A stretch of DNA of 64,000 nt from an uncultured Acholeplasmataceae bacterium. Its GTDB lineage: Bacteria > Bacillota_I > Bacilli_A > Acholeplasmatales > Acholeplasmataceae. The notes beneath the pieces were generated by a model. The model ran no database searches. It was not told the DNA's origin and saw nothing but the letters and a program-made list of their open reading frames with translations. Every line of letters begins with the position of its first letter. The first letter of the stretch is position 1. Both the position numbers and the translations under genes were made by a program. The stretch covers positions 1-64,000 of the forward strand of contig CAYUIK010000038.1 in the NCBI GenBank assembly GCA_964444805.1. The letters are read 5' to 3'. Shown piece by piece: positions 29,274 through 39,183 of the stretch.

Positions 29274-30107
29274 ATGAAAAGAATTCTGATAACCGGAGCT
29301 ACGAGTGGTATCGGTGAAGCACTTGCCCGACACTTCGTCTCGAAAGGCGAGCACGTCCTTGTTATGGGTCGAGACGACACTAAACTTCTCCGGCTCGTCA
29401 AGTCGATCGAAGCGATGAATAAACCAGGAACCGTAACGCCGTTACGTGCCGATCAAAGTCGGTTTTCGGATGTCACCAAAGCGATCACCTGGATCAAAGC
29501 GCATTACATAGATGGTATCGACGTATTGATCAACAACGCCGCCATCGTAGGAAAAGAAAAACGAATCACAGCGGACGGATTCGAGTTACAGTATCAGGTC
29601 AATCATCTGTCGCCGGCACTCTTGACGTTGTCGTTGATGCCTCTCGTCGAAAAGCGACAGGGAATGATCATTCAGACGAGCAGTAACGCCCATAAAAAAG
29701 CTCGTTTCGATGCAGAGGATATCGAAGCGATGAACCCGTATCACATGCTCAGATCCTATGCGCGAACGAAACTCTATAACGTTCTTTTTACGCTCGCCTT
29801 ACGGCGAAAAGTCAACAGTGATGTCCGTTTTTATGCCGTCCATCCCGGATTGGTTCGAACCGAAATTGGAACAAAGGACACCTCGACGTTTTACGCCTGG
29901 CTCTGGAGATTGTTTACGAGCAGAGGCATCCATCCGAAAGACGCCGTCCATTCCTTTTCTAAACTGGTCTACGATGCGTCGCTTGACGCGCCTTATATCT
30001 ATCAGGGGGAGCCGCATGAACCGTCAAAAGTCGCGCTTTCACTGGAAAATCAGGACATTCTCTATCAAAAAACGATCAGCGATCTTGGACCGCTGATCGA
30101 GGATTGA
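29274..30107 (+). CDS. SDR family oxidoreductase
   Basis: TGATSGIGEAL Rossmann motif, NNAA, and a YxxxK catalytic region. Confidence 0.85.
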   Translation: MKRILITGATSGIGEALARHFVSKGEHVLVMGRDDTKLLRLVKSIEAMNKPGTVTPLRADQSRFSDVTKAITWIKAHYIDGIDVLINNAAIVGKEKRITADGFELQYQVNHLSPALLTLSLMPLVEKRQGMIIQTSSNAHKKARFDAEDIEAMNPYHMLRSYARTKLYNVLFTLALRRKVNSDVRFYAVHPGLVRTEIGTKDTSTFYAWLWRLFTSRGIHPKDAVHSFSKLVYDASLDAPYIYQGEPHEPSKVALSLENQDILYQKTISDLGPLIED

Positions 30108-30114
30108 ACGAGAC

Positions 30115-32247
30115 TTATTCATCTTTCTTTTCAATGACCGGATGGTCGTCTTTGACAAACATCCGATAGTTCTTGTGGGGTGTGATCTTGCCTTCGATCA
30201 TGCGTTGCGCGATGAGCGTTTCGATATGTCTTTGAATGAAGCGCTGCAAGGGTCGCGCACCGTATTCCTCGTCGTACCCGTTTTCGAGGATGAACTTGTT
30301 GATGCTCATCTCGAAGTCGATATGAATATTTTTATCGACGAGACGCTTGCTGAGATCGGCGAGCATTTTTTTTGTGATTTCAACTTGGACGTTGAAATTG
30401 AGAGGGTTGAAAATGATCAGTTCGTCGATTCGGTTTAAAAATTCCGGTTTGAAGTTGGTTTTGACGAGTTTCATGACGCGATCTTTCGCATCTTGATCGG
30501 CGTGCAAAAGGAATTCGCTACCAAGGTTCGACGTCAAAATGATGATTGTATTTCGAAAATCGACGGTACGCCCCTGATTATCGGTCAGTCTTCCATCATC
30601 GAGGATCTGCAGCAGGATATTGAAGACTTCCCGATGTGCTTTTTCGATCTCATCGAATAAAATGATTGAATAGGGTTTCCGTCGGACTGCTTCGGTCAAC
30701 TGACCGCCTTCGTCGTAACCGACATAACCCGGTGGTGATCCGATCAGTCGAGCGACACTATGGGCTTCCATGTATTCGCTCATGTCGATTCGAATCATGT
30801 GCGATTCGCTTGCGAAAAGCGCTTCAGCAAGCGATCTTGCAACTTCGGTTTTTCCGACACCGGTTGGGCCTAGGAAGAAAAAGGTTCCGATCGGACGATC
30901 GATATCCTTGATGCCGGCACGTTGTCGGATGATCGCGTCACTGATTAATTTTAGCGCGTGGTCCTGTCCGATGACCCGTTTTCTTAACGTATCTTCCAAG
31001 TTCAATAGTTTTTCCTTGTCTCCGGCCATAAGTCGTGTCACCGGAATGTGCGTCCACTTCGAAACGATTTCGGCGATGCTCTCTTCGGAGACGACTTCGG
31101 TCAACAAACGGTCTTGATCTTTGAGTTCATCGGTCATCGTTTTGATCGTTTTTTCATGTTCCGGGATCGTACTGTACTGGAGTTCAGCTGCCTTGGAGTA
31201 ATCGTTTTCGTTTAAAGCCGTCTGTAACTCGAGTCGATAATTTTCGAGTTCTTTCTTCTGTTGCTTAATCCGGTTCAAAAACGCTTTTTCTTTGGTCCAT
31301 TGGTCTCGTAAGGACTGTTCTTTTTTTTTCTTGTCCTTGATCTCTTCTTCGATCTTTTTCAGGCGCTCTTTGGAAATGGGATCCTTTTCCTTAGCGAGTG
31401 CTTTCTTTTCGATTTCGAGTTGCATGAGCTTTCGCGTCACGTCATCGAGTTCAAGCGGCATCGAATCGATCTCCATACGGATCGAGGCACATGCCTCATC
31501 GATTAAGTCGATGGCCTTATCAGGCAGGAAACGATCGGAAATGTAGCGATCGGAAAGGATCGCAGCCTGGATCAAGGCAGGATCGCTAATGTTGACTCCA
31601 TGGTGGGCTTCAAATCGTGATTTGAGACCTCTTAGAATACTGATGGTGTCTTCGACGGTCGGTTCTTCGATCGTGACTTTTTGGAAACGGCGTTCGAGTG
31701 CACTGTCCTTTTCGATGTATTTCCTGTATTCGTTTAGGGTGGTCGCACCGATACAATGCAGTTCACCACGCGCAAGCATCGGTTTGAGCATGTTTCCAGC
31801 ATCCATCGCGCCTTCAACGCGTCCGGCACCGACGATCGTGTGAAGTTCATCGATAAACATGATGATGTCACCCTTCGACTCTTTAACTTTACGTAGGACG
31901 GCTTTCAGTCGTTCTTCGAATTCACCGCGAAACTTCGCACCGGCGACCAAGGATGACAGGTCGAGCTCATAGATCGTTTTGTTTTGTAGACCCAAAGGGA
32001 CGTCCTTGTCGACGATGCGTCGGGCGAGACCTTCAACGATCGCGGTCTTTCCGACACCGGGTTCACCGATTAAAACGGGGTTGTTTTTGGTTTTTCTTGA
32101 AAGGATCTTAATGATTCGACGGATTTCTTCTTCGCGTCCGATGACGGGATCGATGTTTCCTTCTTTGACTTGGTCGACGATGTTTCGACCGAATTTATTG
32201 AGGACATCGGGGTCCTTGTCATAATCTGGCATGGGATTCATTTGCAT
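30115..32247 (-). CDS. clpB: ClpB-type AAA+ disaggregase lacking the N-terminal domain (710 aa)
   Basis: Two AAA+ modules ([16 protein letters not shown] Walker A). A long ClpB-type coiled-coil middle domain sits between [11 protein letters not shown] and IAEIVSKWT. The protein starts directly at the NBD1 region. Confidence 0.85.
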   Translation of the reverse strand: MQMNPMPDYDKDPDVLNKFGRNIVDQVKEGNIDPVIGREEEIRRIIKILSRKTKNNPVLIGEPGVGKTAIVEGLARRIVDKDVPLGLQNKTIYELDLSSLVAGAKFRGEFEERLKAVLRKVKESKGDIIMFIDELHTIVGAGRVEGAMDAGNMLKPMLARGELHCIGATTLNEYRKYIEKDSALERRFQKVTIEEPTVEDTISILRGLKSRFEAHHGVNISDPALIQAAILSDRYISDRFLPDKAIDLIDEACASIRMEIDSMPLELDDVTRKLMQLEIEKKALAKEKDPISKERLKKIEEEIKDKKKKEQSLRDQWTKEKAFLNRIKQQKKELENYRLELQTALNENDYSKAAELQYSTIPEHEKTIKTMTDELKDQDRLLTEVVSEESIAEIVSKWTHIPVTRLMAGDKEKLLNLEDTLRKRVIGQDHALKLISDAIIRQRAGIKDIDRPIGTFFFLGPTGVGKTEVARSLAEALFASESHMIRIDMSEYMEAHSVARLIGSPPGYVGYDEGGQLTEAVRRKPYSIILFDEIEKAHREVFNILLQILDDGRLTDNQGRTVDFRNTIIILTSNLGSEFLLHADQDAKDRVMKLVKTNFKPEFLNRIDELIIFNPLNFNVQVEITKKMLADLSKRLVDKNIHIDFEMSINKFILENGYDEEYGARPLQRFIQRHIETLIAQRMIEGKITPHKNYRMFVKDDHPVIEKKDE

Positions 32248-32290
32248 GATTTCACTCCTTTGGCAGTCGTCTTATCGATATGCCAATTCT

Positions 32291-32333
32291 ATTATAACGC
32301 TTTTTATTGGCACTGTCAATTATGAAGTGCTAA
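32291..32333 (-). promoter_or_regulatory. SigA promoter of clpB overlapped by a CIRCE-like inverted repeat
   Basis: In gene orientation: TTAGCACTT-cataattga-CAGTGCCAA (CIRCE consensus TTAGCACTC-N9-GAGTGCTAA; 8/9 and 7/9 matches). TTGACA, a 17-bp spacer, TATAAT. Confidence 0.55.
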
Positions 32334-32423
32334 CTCTTGTGTTCTTTTCGTTATTGCTCGGAAAAGATCCGTGATGAATACTGTTGACTTTTTATTCGAT
32401 AAACGGTTATAATAGAGTGGCTT

Positions 32424-32497
32424 GGCCCCGTAGCCAAGTGGTAAGGCACGGCACTGCAACTGCCAGATCATCGGTTCAAATCCGTTCGGGGCCTCCA
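32424..32497 (+). tRNA. tRNA-Cys (anticodon GCA)
   Basis: Acceptor GGCCCCG/CGGGGCC, discriminator U, anticodon loop CTGCAAC, T-arm GGTTCAAATCC, CCA. Own promoter TTGACT, 18-bp spacer, TATAAT at 32384..32413. Confidence 0.8.
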
Positions 32498-32504
32498 TAT
32501 GTGT

Positions 32505-32530
32505 TTAACACCTGCTTAAGGGTGTTTTTT
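32505..32530 (+). terminator. Rho-independent terminator after tRNA-Cys
   Basis: AACACCTGCTTAAGGGTGTT followed by TTTTTTCTTATTTTTTTT. Confidence 0.7.
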
Positions 32531-32615
32531 TCTTATTTTTTTTAACACTAATAATGTAAAACTATTGACAATGTTATAACAAATGTATACACTATGTATG
32601 AAGGATGGTGATTCT

Positions 32616-32858
32616 ATGAACACACAATTAAAGAAGATAGGAAATAGTAAAGGCGTTATTATACCAGCTGCTATTTTAAAAATGCTTGATATCAAAGAAA
32701 GCGAAGAATTTACAGTTAGAGTTGAAGGAAAAGAAATTGTTTTATCAAAAGTAAATTCTTTTGATCCCAAATCACTAGAAGAGTTATTTTTAGATTATAA
32801 AGAAACTTATAAAGGCGAAATTGTATTTGATGACTCTAAAGGTAGAGAAGTATGGTGA
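32616..32858 (+). CDS. mazE: MazE/PemI-type antitoxin (AbrB/SpoVT-fold)
   Basis: KKIGNSKGVIIPAAILKMLDIKE swapped-hairpin motif. Start at the ATG after AGGATGG (track start 32583). Overlaps the next gene by 7 nt. AT-rich context. Confidence 0.75.
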   Translation: MNTQLKKIGNSKGVIIPAAILKMLDIKESEEFTVRVEGKEIVLSKVNSFDPKSLEELFLDYKETYKGEIVFDDSKGREVW

Positions 32859-33178
32859 GTCAGGGTGATATCGTTATCGTTGATTTTGATCCTTCGCTAG
32901 GGTCCGAACAAAAAGGGAAGAGGCCTGGAGTTGTGGTAAGCAATGATGTATATCATAAAAAAACAAATGGCTTTGTTATTGTCGTTCCAATTACTTCTGA
33001 TAAGGCGTTTAAATATCCTTTACATGTAGATTTAGATTCAAGGACAAAAACTTATGGACAAATCATGTGCGAACAAGTAAAAACCATGGACACAAAAGCA
33101 AGGAATTTAAAAACAGTTGAAAAACTTCCGTCTGACTTACTCGATAAAACACTAAAAATAGTAAAGTTGTTGTTTTGA
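32852..33178 (+). CDS. mazF: MazF/PemK-family endoribonuclease toxin
   Basis: GDIVIVDFDPSLGSEQKGKRPGVVVS and IVVPITS motifs typical of the PemK/MazF fold; 108 aa. Confidence 0.8.
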   Translation: MVSQGDIVIVDFDPSLGSEQKGKRPGVVVSNDVYHKKTNGFVIVVPITSDKAFKYPLHVDLDSRTKTYGQIMCEQVKTMDTKARNLKTVEKLPSDLLDKTLKIVKLLF

Positions 33179-33779
33179 TTTCTTGTTTTTTGATAAGGAT
33201 TATATGCTTATTAGAAACAAACTCCATACTAATTACATAGCAAATTTGTTTGTGACAGTCGCAAAATGGGCACAAACTTGGTTATGTCAACACACAAAAA
33301 CATAGCAAGTTGCTTTATACCCTTTCAATGGCTTTGTTATAGCGTTTTAGCCGTTTAGAAGTAAAGCAACTTTTTCATTAGATCGAGCAAAATTGATGAT
33401 TTTTCATTAGTTTCGCTCATTTTTTATACTCAAAAAACATAAAAATCCTTTATTTTTGTTGACCGGATTTGATCTTGTGAATTTGCATGAACCCTATCGG
33501 ACTTCAACTCGACTCAACATATATTAAGCATGATGTTTAAACGTTTTTGTATGGTGTTAAATTGCTCATAAGCTTATAGAATTTCTATCTAATCAAGATA
33601 GAATTGATTATTGATGAGTAGATTCTTTTTAGTAATGTATTTCATAGTAAATCCATACACAATGGATAGATTTTCGTTATATTACTAAATAATTCTATGA
33701 TCTATAGAGAGATTCATCTTTTTCTTCGTGGATAATTGTTTAATATTTAAGTATAATGAGTAACAGGAGGTATGCATAC

Positions 33780-34376
33780 ATGAACAAATTTGGCGAGTTA
33801 TTAAAAGAAAAAAGAACGCAAAATAAACTAACGCAGAGTTCATTAGCAGAAATGTTAAATGTATCTGATAGAACTGTGAGCAAATGGGAAACCGGAAATG
33901 GTTATCCTAATATTACAATGTTAAATACAATTGCAAACTGTCTTAATACTTCGGTTAGTGAGTTGATGGACAGTGAAGATAATAAAGTAATTAATACAGT
34001 AAAACAGAACCCTTCAAATGAACTGTACCGTACAAAATTCAGAAAAATAATGGTTGTGTCTATGTCGCTGCTTTTGACTGCCATACTATATTTAGTGTTG
34101 CCAATTCTAAGGTTTAATATTCCTAATGGAGCAATAGGTGCCATAGGTGAAGACGGTGACACTTATGTTGTAGTAGCAATTGTCCTGACGATTTTTATAT
34201 CTCTATGCTACCTTGTTAGTTTTTCTCTATTCGCTTATATGATTATTCAATATAGAAATTTGAATAAATCAAAGTTCCATAATTTTACTGATAAAAATAT
34301 AATAAAAATATATTTTATCATATTTTTTATTAACACTCACAATGATCTTAATTGTTATTATCGCTTTAAATATTGA
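33780..34376 (+). CDS. XRE-family HTH regulator fused to a C-terminal membrane domain
   Basis: HTH_3 (LTQSSLAEMLNVSDRTVSKWETGNGYPNITMLNTIANCL) followed by 3 TM helices. Start at the ATG after AGGAGG. AT-rich. Confidence 0.65.
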   Translation: MNKFGELLKEKRTQNKLTQSSLAEMLNVSDRTVSKWETGNGYPNITMLNTIANCLNTSVSELMDSEDNKVINTVKQNPSNELYRTKFRKIMVVSMSLLLTAILYLVLPILRFNIPNGAIGAIGEDGDTYVVVAIVLTIFISLCYLVSFSLFAYMIIQYRNLNKSKFHNFTDKNIIKIYFIIFFINTHNDLNCYYRFKY

Positions 34377-34636
34377 AATCTAAATGGTATAGGGGAACAT
34401 GTGAAAGGAAGTTTGGTGATAGGATCGTTTAGATTGCCTGCATGAATCGGGTTTGAAATCGACAACGGATCAGTCATACGTGCGTTTTTCATAACATGAC
34501 TTATGTATTTAAAGAAGAAATCATTTTAGTAGCTGGGGATATGTCTAAACATTGAAAGACGAGCAACAATTCGACGGATAGCCTTTCAACAACACGGACT
34601 TATGTGGTAAAATAGGGTTGCATAAGGGGGAAAAAC

Positions 34637-34969
34637 ATGAAAACAATCAACATCAAGAGTGACATGCCGGATCGGCTAGAAGCCGGAAGAAGACTATCCG
34701 CGATCATTTCCGAAAACCGACAAAAAGAAAAAGTTATCAAAATCGTTCATGGCTACGGGTCGACCGGAGTCGGTGGCACGATTAAGCATGCTGTTAGAAG
34801 GTCCTTACGAAACCGAAAGAAGAAGGGTGAAATCAAAGCCTATATACCGGGTGAAGCCTTTCAGCAGTTGATGGGATTCGATGAAGTCATAGCGACCTAT
34901 AAGCATTTGCTTAAACATGATTCGGATTTCAACAAGATGAACGAAGGCATTACCTATGTCATTCTTTGA
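34637..34969 (+). CDS. Small stand-alone Smr-domain protein (110 aa)
   Basis: Smr-like core IVHGYGSTGVGGTIKHAVRRSL (compare the hGxG motif of Smr). Preceded by GGGGGAAAAAC. Confidence 0.5.
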   Translation: MKTINIKSDMPDRLEAGRRLSAIISENRQKEKVIKIVHGYGSTGVGGTIKHAVRRSLRNRKKKGEIKAYIPGEAFQQLMGFDEVIATYKHLLKHDSDFNKMNEGITYVIL

Positions 34970-35019
34970 ACAGGGTCATTGAATAGAAACTCATACAGGT
35001 CAAACCGGAAGGAGTCCCT

Positions 35020-35931
35020 ATGGACGAACAGAAGTATCGCATCGCTTTACTGATCGATTCGGAAAACGTATCAGCAAAATACATCAAATCGATTATGAAT
35101 GAAATCGCTAAATACGGCAAGATCGTGATCGCCAGGTTTTACGGAAATCTCGCTATTCTATCGAAAGAATGGCACCAGACAGCTCTTGATTTCGCTTTAA
35201 AACCAATGCATCAGTACAATGTTGCTGCCGGGAAAAACGCAGCCGACATGGCGATGGCATTGGACGCGCAGGAAATGATGTATCAGGCGAAAGTGAACGC
35301 CTTTTTCCTCGTTACGAGCGACAGTGACTTCACACCGCTCGCGATCAAACTCAAAGAGGGCGGCATGCACGTGATCGGCGTCGGGAATGAGGACAAGGTC
35401 ACGAGCGCCTTCAAATCGTCTTGCAACGAATTCAAGTATTTCGAGTACTTAGACGACGACGAGGATATCATCGATACGCCGTCGGAAAACGATGTGACGA
35501 AGAAGAGTGAGATTGAACGTATCATTATGGATACGATCATTGAAAATGGTGTCGGAAACAAGATCCAACTCAGCCGTTTAGGCGACATCCTCGTCAACCG
35601 ATTTTCGGATTTCGATGCCAGAAAGTATGGTGCGAAAAGTTTATCGAGTCTCGTTTCTTCCATCAAGGGTCTAGAAATTTCCCAAGAAAAGACGACGGTT
35701 TACGTCTCCTTGAAAAACCCGATTGATCTTGATGCAGTCAAAAAAGCGATCTATGAGATCATCTCTCGCAACAAGAGTAAGGAAATGGTTCTTACCAAAC
35801 TCAAACAGGAACTCGAGAAAAGGCTTGACAATTTCCATTACAAGGCTTTCGGATTTACGAAGTTTTCCCACTTCATCTCGAGCATCGAACACCTCACGGT
35901 GTCGAAAAACAATGTGAAACTGACAGGATAG
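35020..35931 (+). CDS. NYN (LabA-like) nuclease-domain protein with two C-terminal OST-HTH/LOTUS domains
   Basis: NYN signature (IALLIDSENV...GKNAADMAMALDA...LVTSDSDFTPL). The C-terminal half has two ~70-aa repeats resembling OST-HTH. Confidence 0.65.
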   Translation: MDEQKYRIALLIDSENVSAKYIKSIMNEIAKYGKIVIARFYGNLAILSKEWHQTALDFALKPMHQYNVAAGKNAADMAMALDAQEMMYQAKVNAFFLVTSDSDFTPLAIKLKEGGMHVIGVGNEDKVTSAFKSSCNEFKYFEYLDDDEDIIDTPSENDVTKKSEIERIIMDTIIENGVGNKIQLSRLGDILVNRFSDFDARKYGAKSLSSLVSSIKGLEISQEKTTVYVSLKNPIDLDAVKKAIYEIISRNKSKEMVLTKLKQELEKRLDNFHYKAFGFTKFSHFISSIEHLTVSKNNVKLTG

Positions 35932-35935
35932 GATA

Positions 35936-36751
35936 ATGACACTACAGGACATTAAGAACAAGAAAGAACGAATCAAAGTCATGAATCTTGCCGGCTATTT
36001 TCTTTTGGTCGTTTCCTTTATATTGTTTATGGCGAACCCGATCACGATGATCGGCTTTTTGCTTGGTGGAATTATCGTTGCTGCGACCACGAAACAATTG
36101 AAAAACCTTAGCACGACGTTCAAAGAAAAATTTGTTCGTGATACGCTAAAAAGCATCATTCCCGATGCCGAATACGACCCAGAAAGAGGTTTTGACAAGG
36201 AAACGGTTTACGCGACACGCATTCTTAAAAAGGAAGATCGTTATTCGAGTGAGGACTACCTCAAGGGAACGATTAAGGGTCGCACGTTCGAATCGGCTGA
36301 CGTCCATCTTCAGGATGTTCGCTCCAACGGGAAGTCGACGACGGTCGTCACCGTGTTCCAAGGTCGTTTTTTCATGATCGACGCCAAACACAACTTTCAG
36401 GAAGACGTCTATGTCATGCCGAATCGGTCCTGGTTTTTTGGTCGTTTGGAGGGGTTAAAGAAGGTTGAGCTCGAGTCCATTCACTTCAACCAGTCATTCG
36501 ACGTTTTCTCGAAAGACGATCACTCCGTTTTTTATCTGTTGACGCCACGCTTTATGGAAAAGATCGAACAATTTTCCCGGGTTGCTCGAAGGACGATGTT
36601 CGGGTTTACGCGAAACCGGATCTATGTCGCGATCGATACGCGCAAAGACGCCTTCGACCTCAGCATGTACAAACCGGTGGATGACTCGTTTGTCGAGGAC
36701 ATCAAAAAAGAGGTCGCTTTGATCGAGGAACTCATCGAACTCATCGCCTAG
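35936..36751 (+). CDS. Membrane protein, DUF3137-like (hypothetical)
   Basis: Two N-terminal TM helices then a ~200-aa soluble domain. Begins 5 nt after the NYN gene stop. Confidence 0.4.
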   Translation: MTLQDIKNKKERIKVMNLAGYFLLVVSFILFMANPITMIGFLLGGIIVAATTKQLKNLSTTFKEKFVRDTLKSIIPDAEYDPERGFDKETVYATRILKKEDRYSSEDYLKGTIKGRTFESADVHLQDVRSNGKSTTVVTVFQGRFFMIDAKHNFQEDVYVMPNRSWFFGRLEGLKKVELESIHFNQSFDVFSKDDHSVFYLLTPRFMEKIEQFSRVARRTMFGFTRNRIYVAIDTRKDAFDLSMYKPVDDSFVEDIKKEVALIEELIELIA

Positions 36752-36766
36752 AGAGGAAGGATTCAC

Positions 36767-37510
36767 ATGGCCTATTTCGTCTGCCATTTTTCATCAAAAG
36801 TCTTGCAGAAGGACGTGACGGTTAACGTCATCCTACCCGATGATCTCGAAGAAGGCGAACGCGCAAAAACGCTCTATCTTCTCCACGGCTACAGTGGCGA
36901 TCATACGAGCTGGATGCGCTTTTCCTCGATCGAGCGATACGCTTCAGATAAACGGCTCGCCGTGATCATGCCGGACGTGAACAACAGCTATTACGCCGAT
37001 ATGGCGTTCGGATATCCTTATTTTACGTTTCTTACCGATGAACTCGTTCGTTTCATGGAGACGGTTTTTCCTGTCGAAAAAAAGCGTAGTAATCGCTTTG
37101 TTGCCGGTCTTTCCATGGGTGGATATGGTGCTTTCAAGTGGGCTTTCAGTAAACCTGAGATGTTTTGTAGAGCGATTAGCTTATCGGGAGCGCTCGATGT
37201 CGATCAAGTCATGCAGCGACTCGAAGAGAAGGGCAGGGAAAAGTATTTTATGTCCGTCTTTGGAGCGCTCAGTGTCAAGGGTACGCAGAACGACTTGAAA
37301 CATTTGATCGAAGAGCTCGAGCCAAGCGCGCTTCCCGATCTATATATCGCTTGCGGAACCGAGGATTTTTTATTCGCTGATAACGCATCGTTTCATGCCT
37401 ACCTTGAGCAGAAGAAAATACCACATATCTACAAGACGGCTGCCGGTGCACATACGTGGTCTTTTTGGGATGAACATATCATTTTAGCGATCGAATGGCT
37501 ATTGACATGA
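36767..37510 (+). CDS. Esterase-family alpha/beta hydrolase
   Basis: YLLHGYSGDHTSW and GLSMGGYGA nucleophile elbow. Confidence 0.75.
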   Translation: MAYFVCHFSSKVLQKDVTVNVILPDDLEEGERAKTLYLLHGYSGDHTSWMRFSSIERYASDKRLAVIMPDVNNSYYADMAFGYPYFTFLTDELVRFMETVFPVEKKRSNRFVAGLSMGGYGAFKWAFSKPEMFCRAISLSGALDVDQVMQRLEEKGREKYFMSVFGALSVKGTQNDLKHLIEELEPSALPDLYIACGTEDFLFADNASFHAYLEQKKIPHIYKTAAGAHTWSFWDEHIILAIEWLLT

Positions 37511-38284
37511 AATGAAACGGATGAAGTCGGGAAAGAGCGCGCGCCATGCGCGCTCATGATGGGTTCCGTCGTTTTCGAGATAAAGGATGTTTCGGATATC
37601 CTTTTTTTCTAGAGTCTTGAACAGTCTTCGGGAATGCTCGAGGTAGATTTTCGGGAAATCGGGGTTGTTTTCGTCGCTCGTCTCGTTTTTACCGATCGAG
37701 ATGAAAATACGGGTTTCGAAAGGGATGTGGGTGTTCTCGATAAAGCCGAGAAAAGCCGGCTCGTTATACCAGGAAGCGATTGAAAAGATGCCGACCTTTT
37801 GGAAAACTGCCGGATATTTGAAACAAGCGTATGCGGCGATATATGCCCCCATTGAACTGCCGGCAATGGACTGGTCGTCTGGGAGGGTTCGATAAGTTTT
37901 ATCGATGAAGGGTTTGACCGTTTCGACGAGAAACGATGCATAACGATCGCCTTTTCCCGCCGGATTCGTGCCGATCCGCCGTTCGACGATGGGGGCCGCG
38001 GGAAACGGTGAATACTCGCTGAGACGGTCTTCGGGGTGTTCGATTCCGACGACGATATGCAAGGGAAGCCCGTTATCCGACTCGAAAGCTTCCGGGACGC
38101 CCCAGGAAACGCCGGTATAGGATAAGTGATCGCTAAAGAGGTTTTGTCCGTCTTGCATGTAGAGGACGGGATATCTTTTGTCCGTTTCATGGTAACCGGG
38201 CGGAAGATAGACGTGAAGGATGCGTTTTTCGTCCTTCGTCATGTCGAGAGTGTGGGTAATCAAGGTGCCTGTAATGGGTAACAA
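37499..38284 (-). CDS. Esterase-family alpha/beta hydrolase (enterochelin-esterase-like C-domain)
   Basis: YLPPGYHETDKRYPVLYMQDGQN and GSSMGAY nucleophile elbow. Convergent with, and overlapping by 12 nt, the previous esterase. Confidence 0.7.
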   Translation of the reverse strand: MLPITGTLITHTLDMTKDEKRILHVYLPPGYHETDKRYPVLYMQDGQNLFSDHLSYTGVSWGVPEAFESDNGLPLHIVVGIEHPEDRLSEYSPFPAAPIVERRIGTNPAGKGDRYASFLVETVKPFIDKTYRTLPDDQSIAGSSMGAYIAAYACFKYPAVFQKVGIFSIASWYNEPAFLGFIENTHIPFETRIFISIGKNETSDENNPDFPKIYLEHSRRLFKTLEKKDIRNILYLENDGTHHERAWRALFPDFIRFISCQ

Positions 38285-38303
38285 CTCCTTTTCATTTTAA
38301 GAA

Positions 38304-39047
38304 TTATGCACGGGCGTAGTAACGCTTGAGCAAGCGCTTGTGCCAAAAGTAGAACGGCAAGTAGAATACGTGAAATAACGAGGGGATGGCGAATGCGAGA
38401 ATCGTGACGAGATACCACGGGTATGGTCCAAGATGATCGAATAGCGTGTTCGAACCCGGTTTTCCCATAAGATACATATAGTTCCCACCGATCAGAGCGT
38501 TGATGGCAAAGATGATGGGTGTAATCGATATCAGGACGAGGACGTTTTTGAAAATGTGCCGATAACGAATGGCTCGGTAGTACCTTGAAACGAAGAGCAT
38601 GAATGTTAGATTGACGACGATCAGGCCGTGAGACACAAAAAACTGGAAGTAACGATAATGGGGAAATCCGTAGTTTCTATGGATCGCCGGAGTCATTAAG
38701 GCGAGTATAGCGGAGACCAATAGAATAAAAAAGGTATTTAGAAATACGGTCCTGTTTTCCGATAGAAGCATATAGGCGGACAAGATGACGGCGAGACCGC
38801 AAAGATGAAGTGGTAGACTTTCGGTTAAAGAGAGTTCTTGTTCGTTAAAACGATAGACATTTAAAAGGATTTCTTGGTTGATGATCGCGAGTGCGAGAAA
38901 CTTCCGAAAAAAACGGTACATAAAAGGTGTACGCAGTCTCTTGCGCAGAAGAATGATCGCGACGACGATCACGGTGATCATCAGCAAAGGCAGAAGGTGT
39001 TGAAAACCGAATACATAAAATTGTCCTGCTAAAGCGTCATCGAACAT
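38304..39047 (-). CDS. TIGR02206 (YwaF-like) intramembrane protein
   Basis: 247 aa, about 7 TM helices, conserved LPLHLCGLA motif. Confidence 0.6.
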   Translation of the reverse strand: MFDDALAGQFYVFGFQHLLPLLMITVIVVAIILLRKRLRTPFMYRFFRKFLALAIINQEILLNVYRFNEQELSLTESLPLHLCGLAVILSAYMLLSENRTVFLNTFFILLVSAILALMTPAIHRNYGFPHYRYFQFFVSHGLIVVNLTFMLFVSRYYRAIRYRHIFKNVLVLISITPIIFAINALIGGNYMYLMGKPGSNTLFDHLGPYPWYLVTILAFAIPSLFHVFYLPFYFWHKRLLKRYYARA

Positions 39048-39183
39048 GTACGTGTTCTCCGAATCGGGGGGTTATTCATATTATAAACGAAGAACGCGAG
39101 AAATCAACGATGAAGTCGCGAAAAACATGTATTATTGACCATTTTGTATTATAATGGAACTAATTCAAAAAAGGATATACGCT

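Noticed and set aside
36767-38284. Two convergent esterase genes overlapping by 12 nt; considered one disrupted gene
   Set aside because: They are on opposite strands, and each has a complete alpha/beta-hydrolase fold with its own nucleophile elbow. They are two separate genes.
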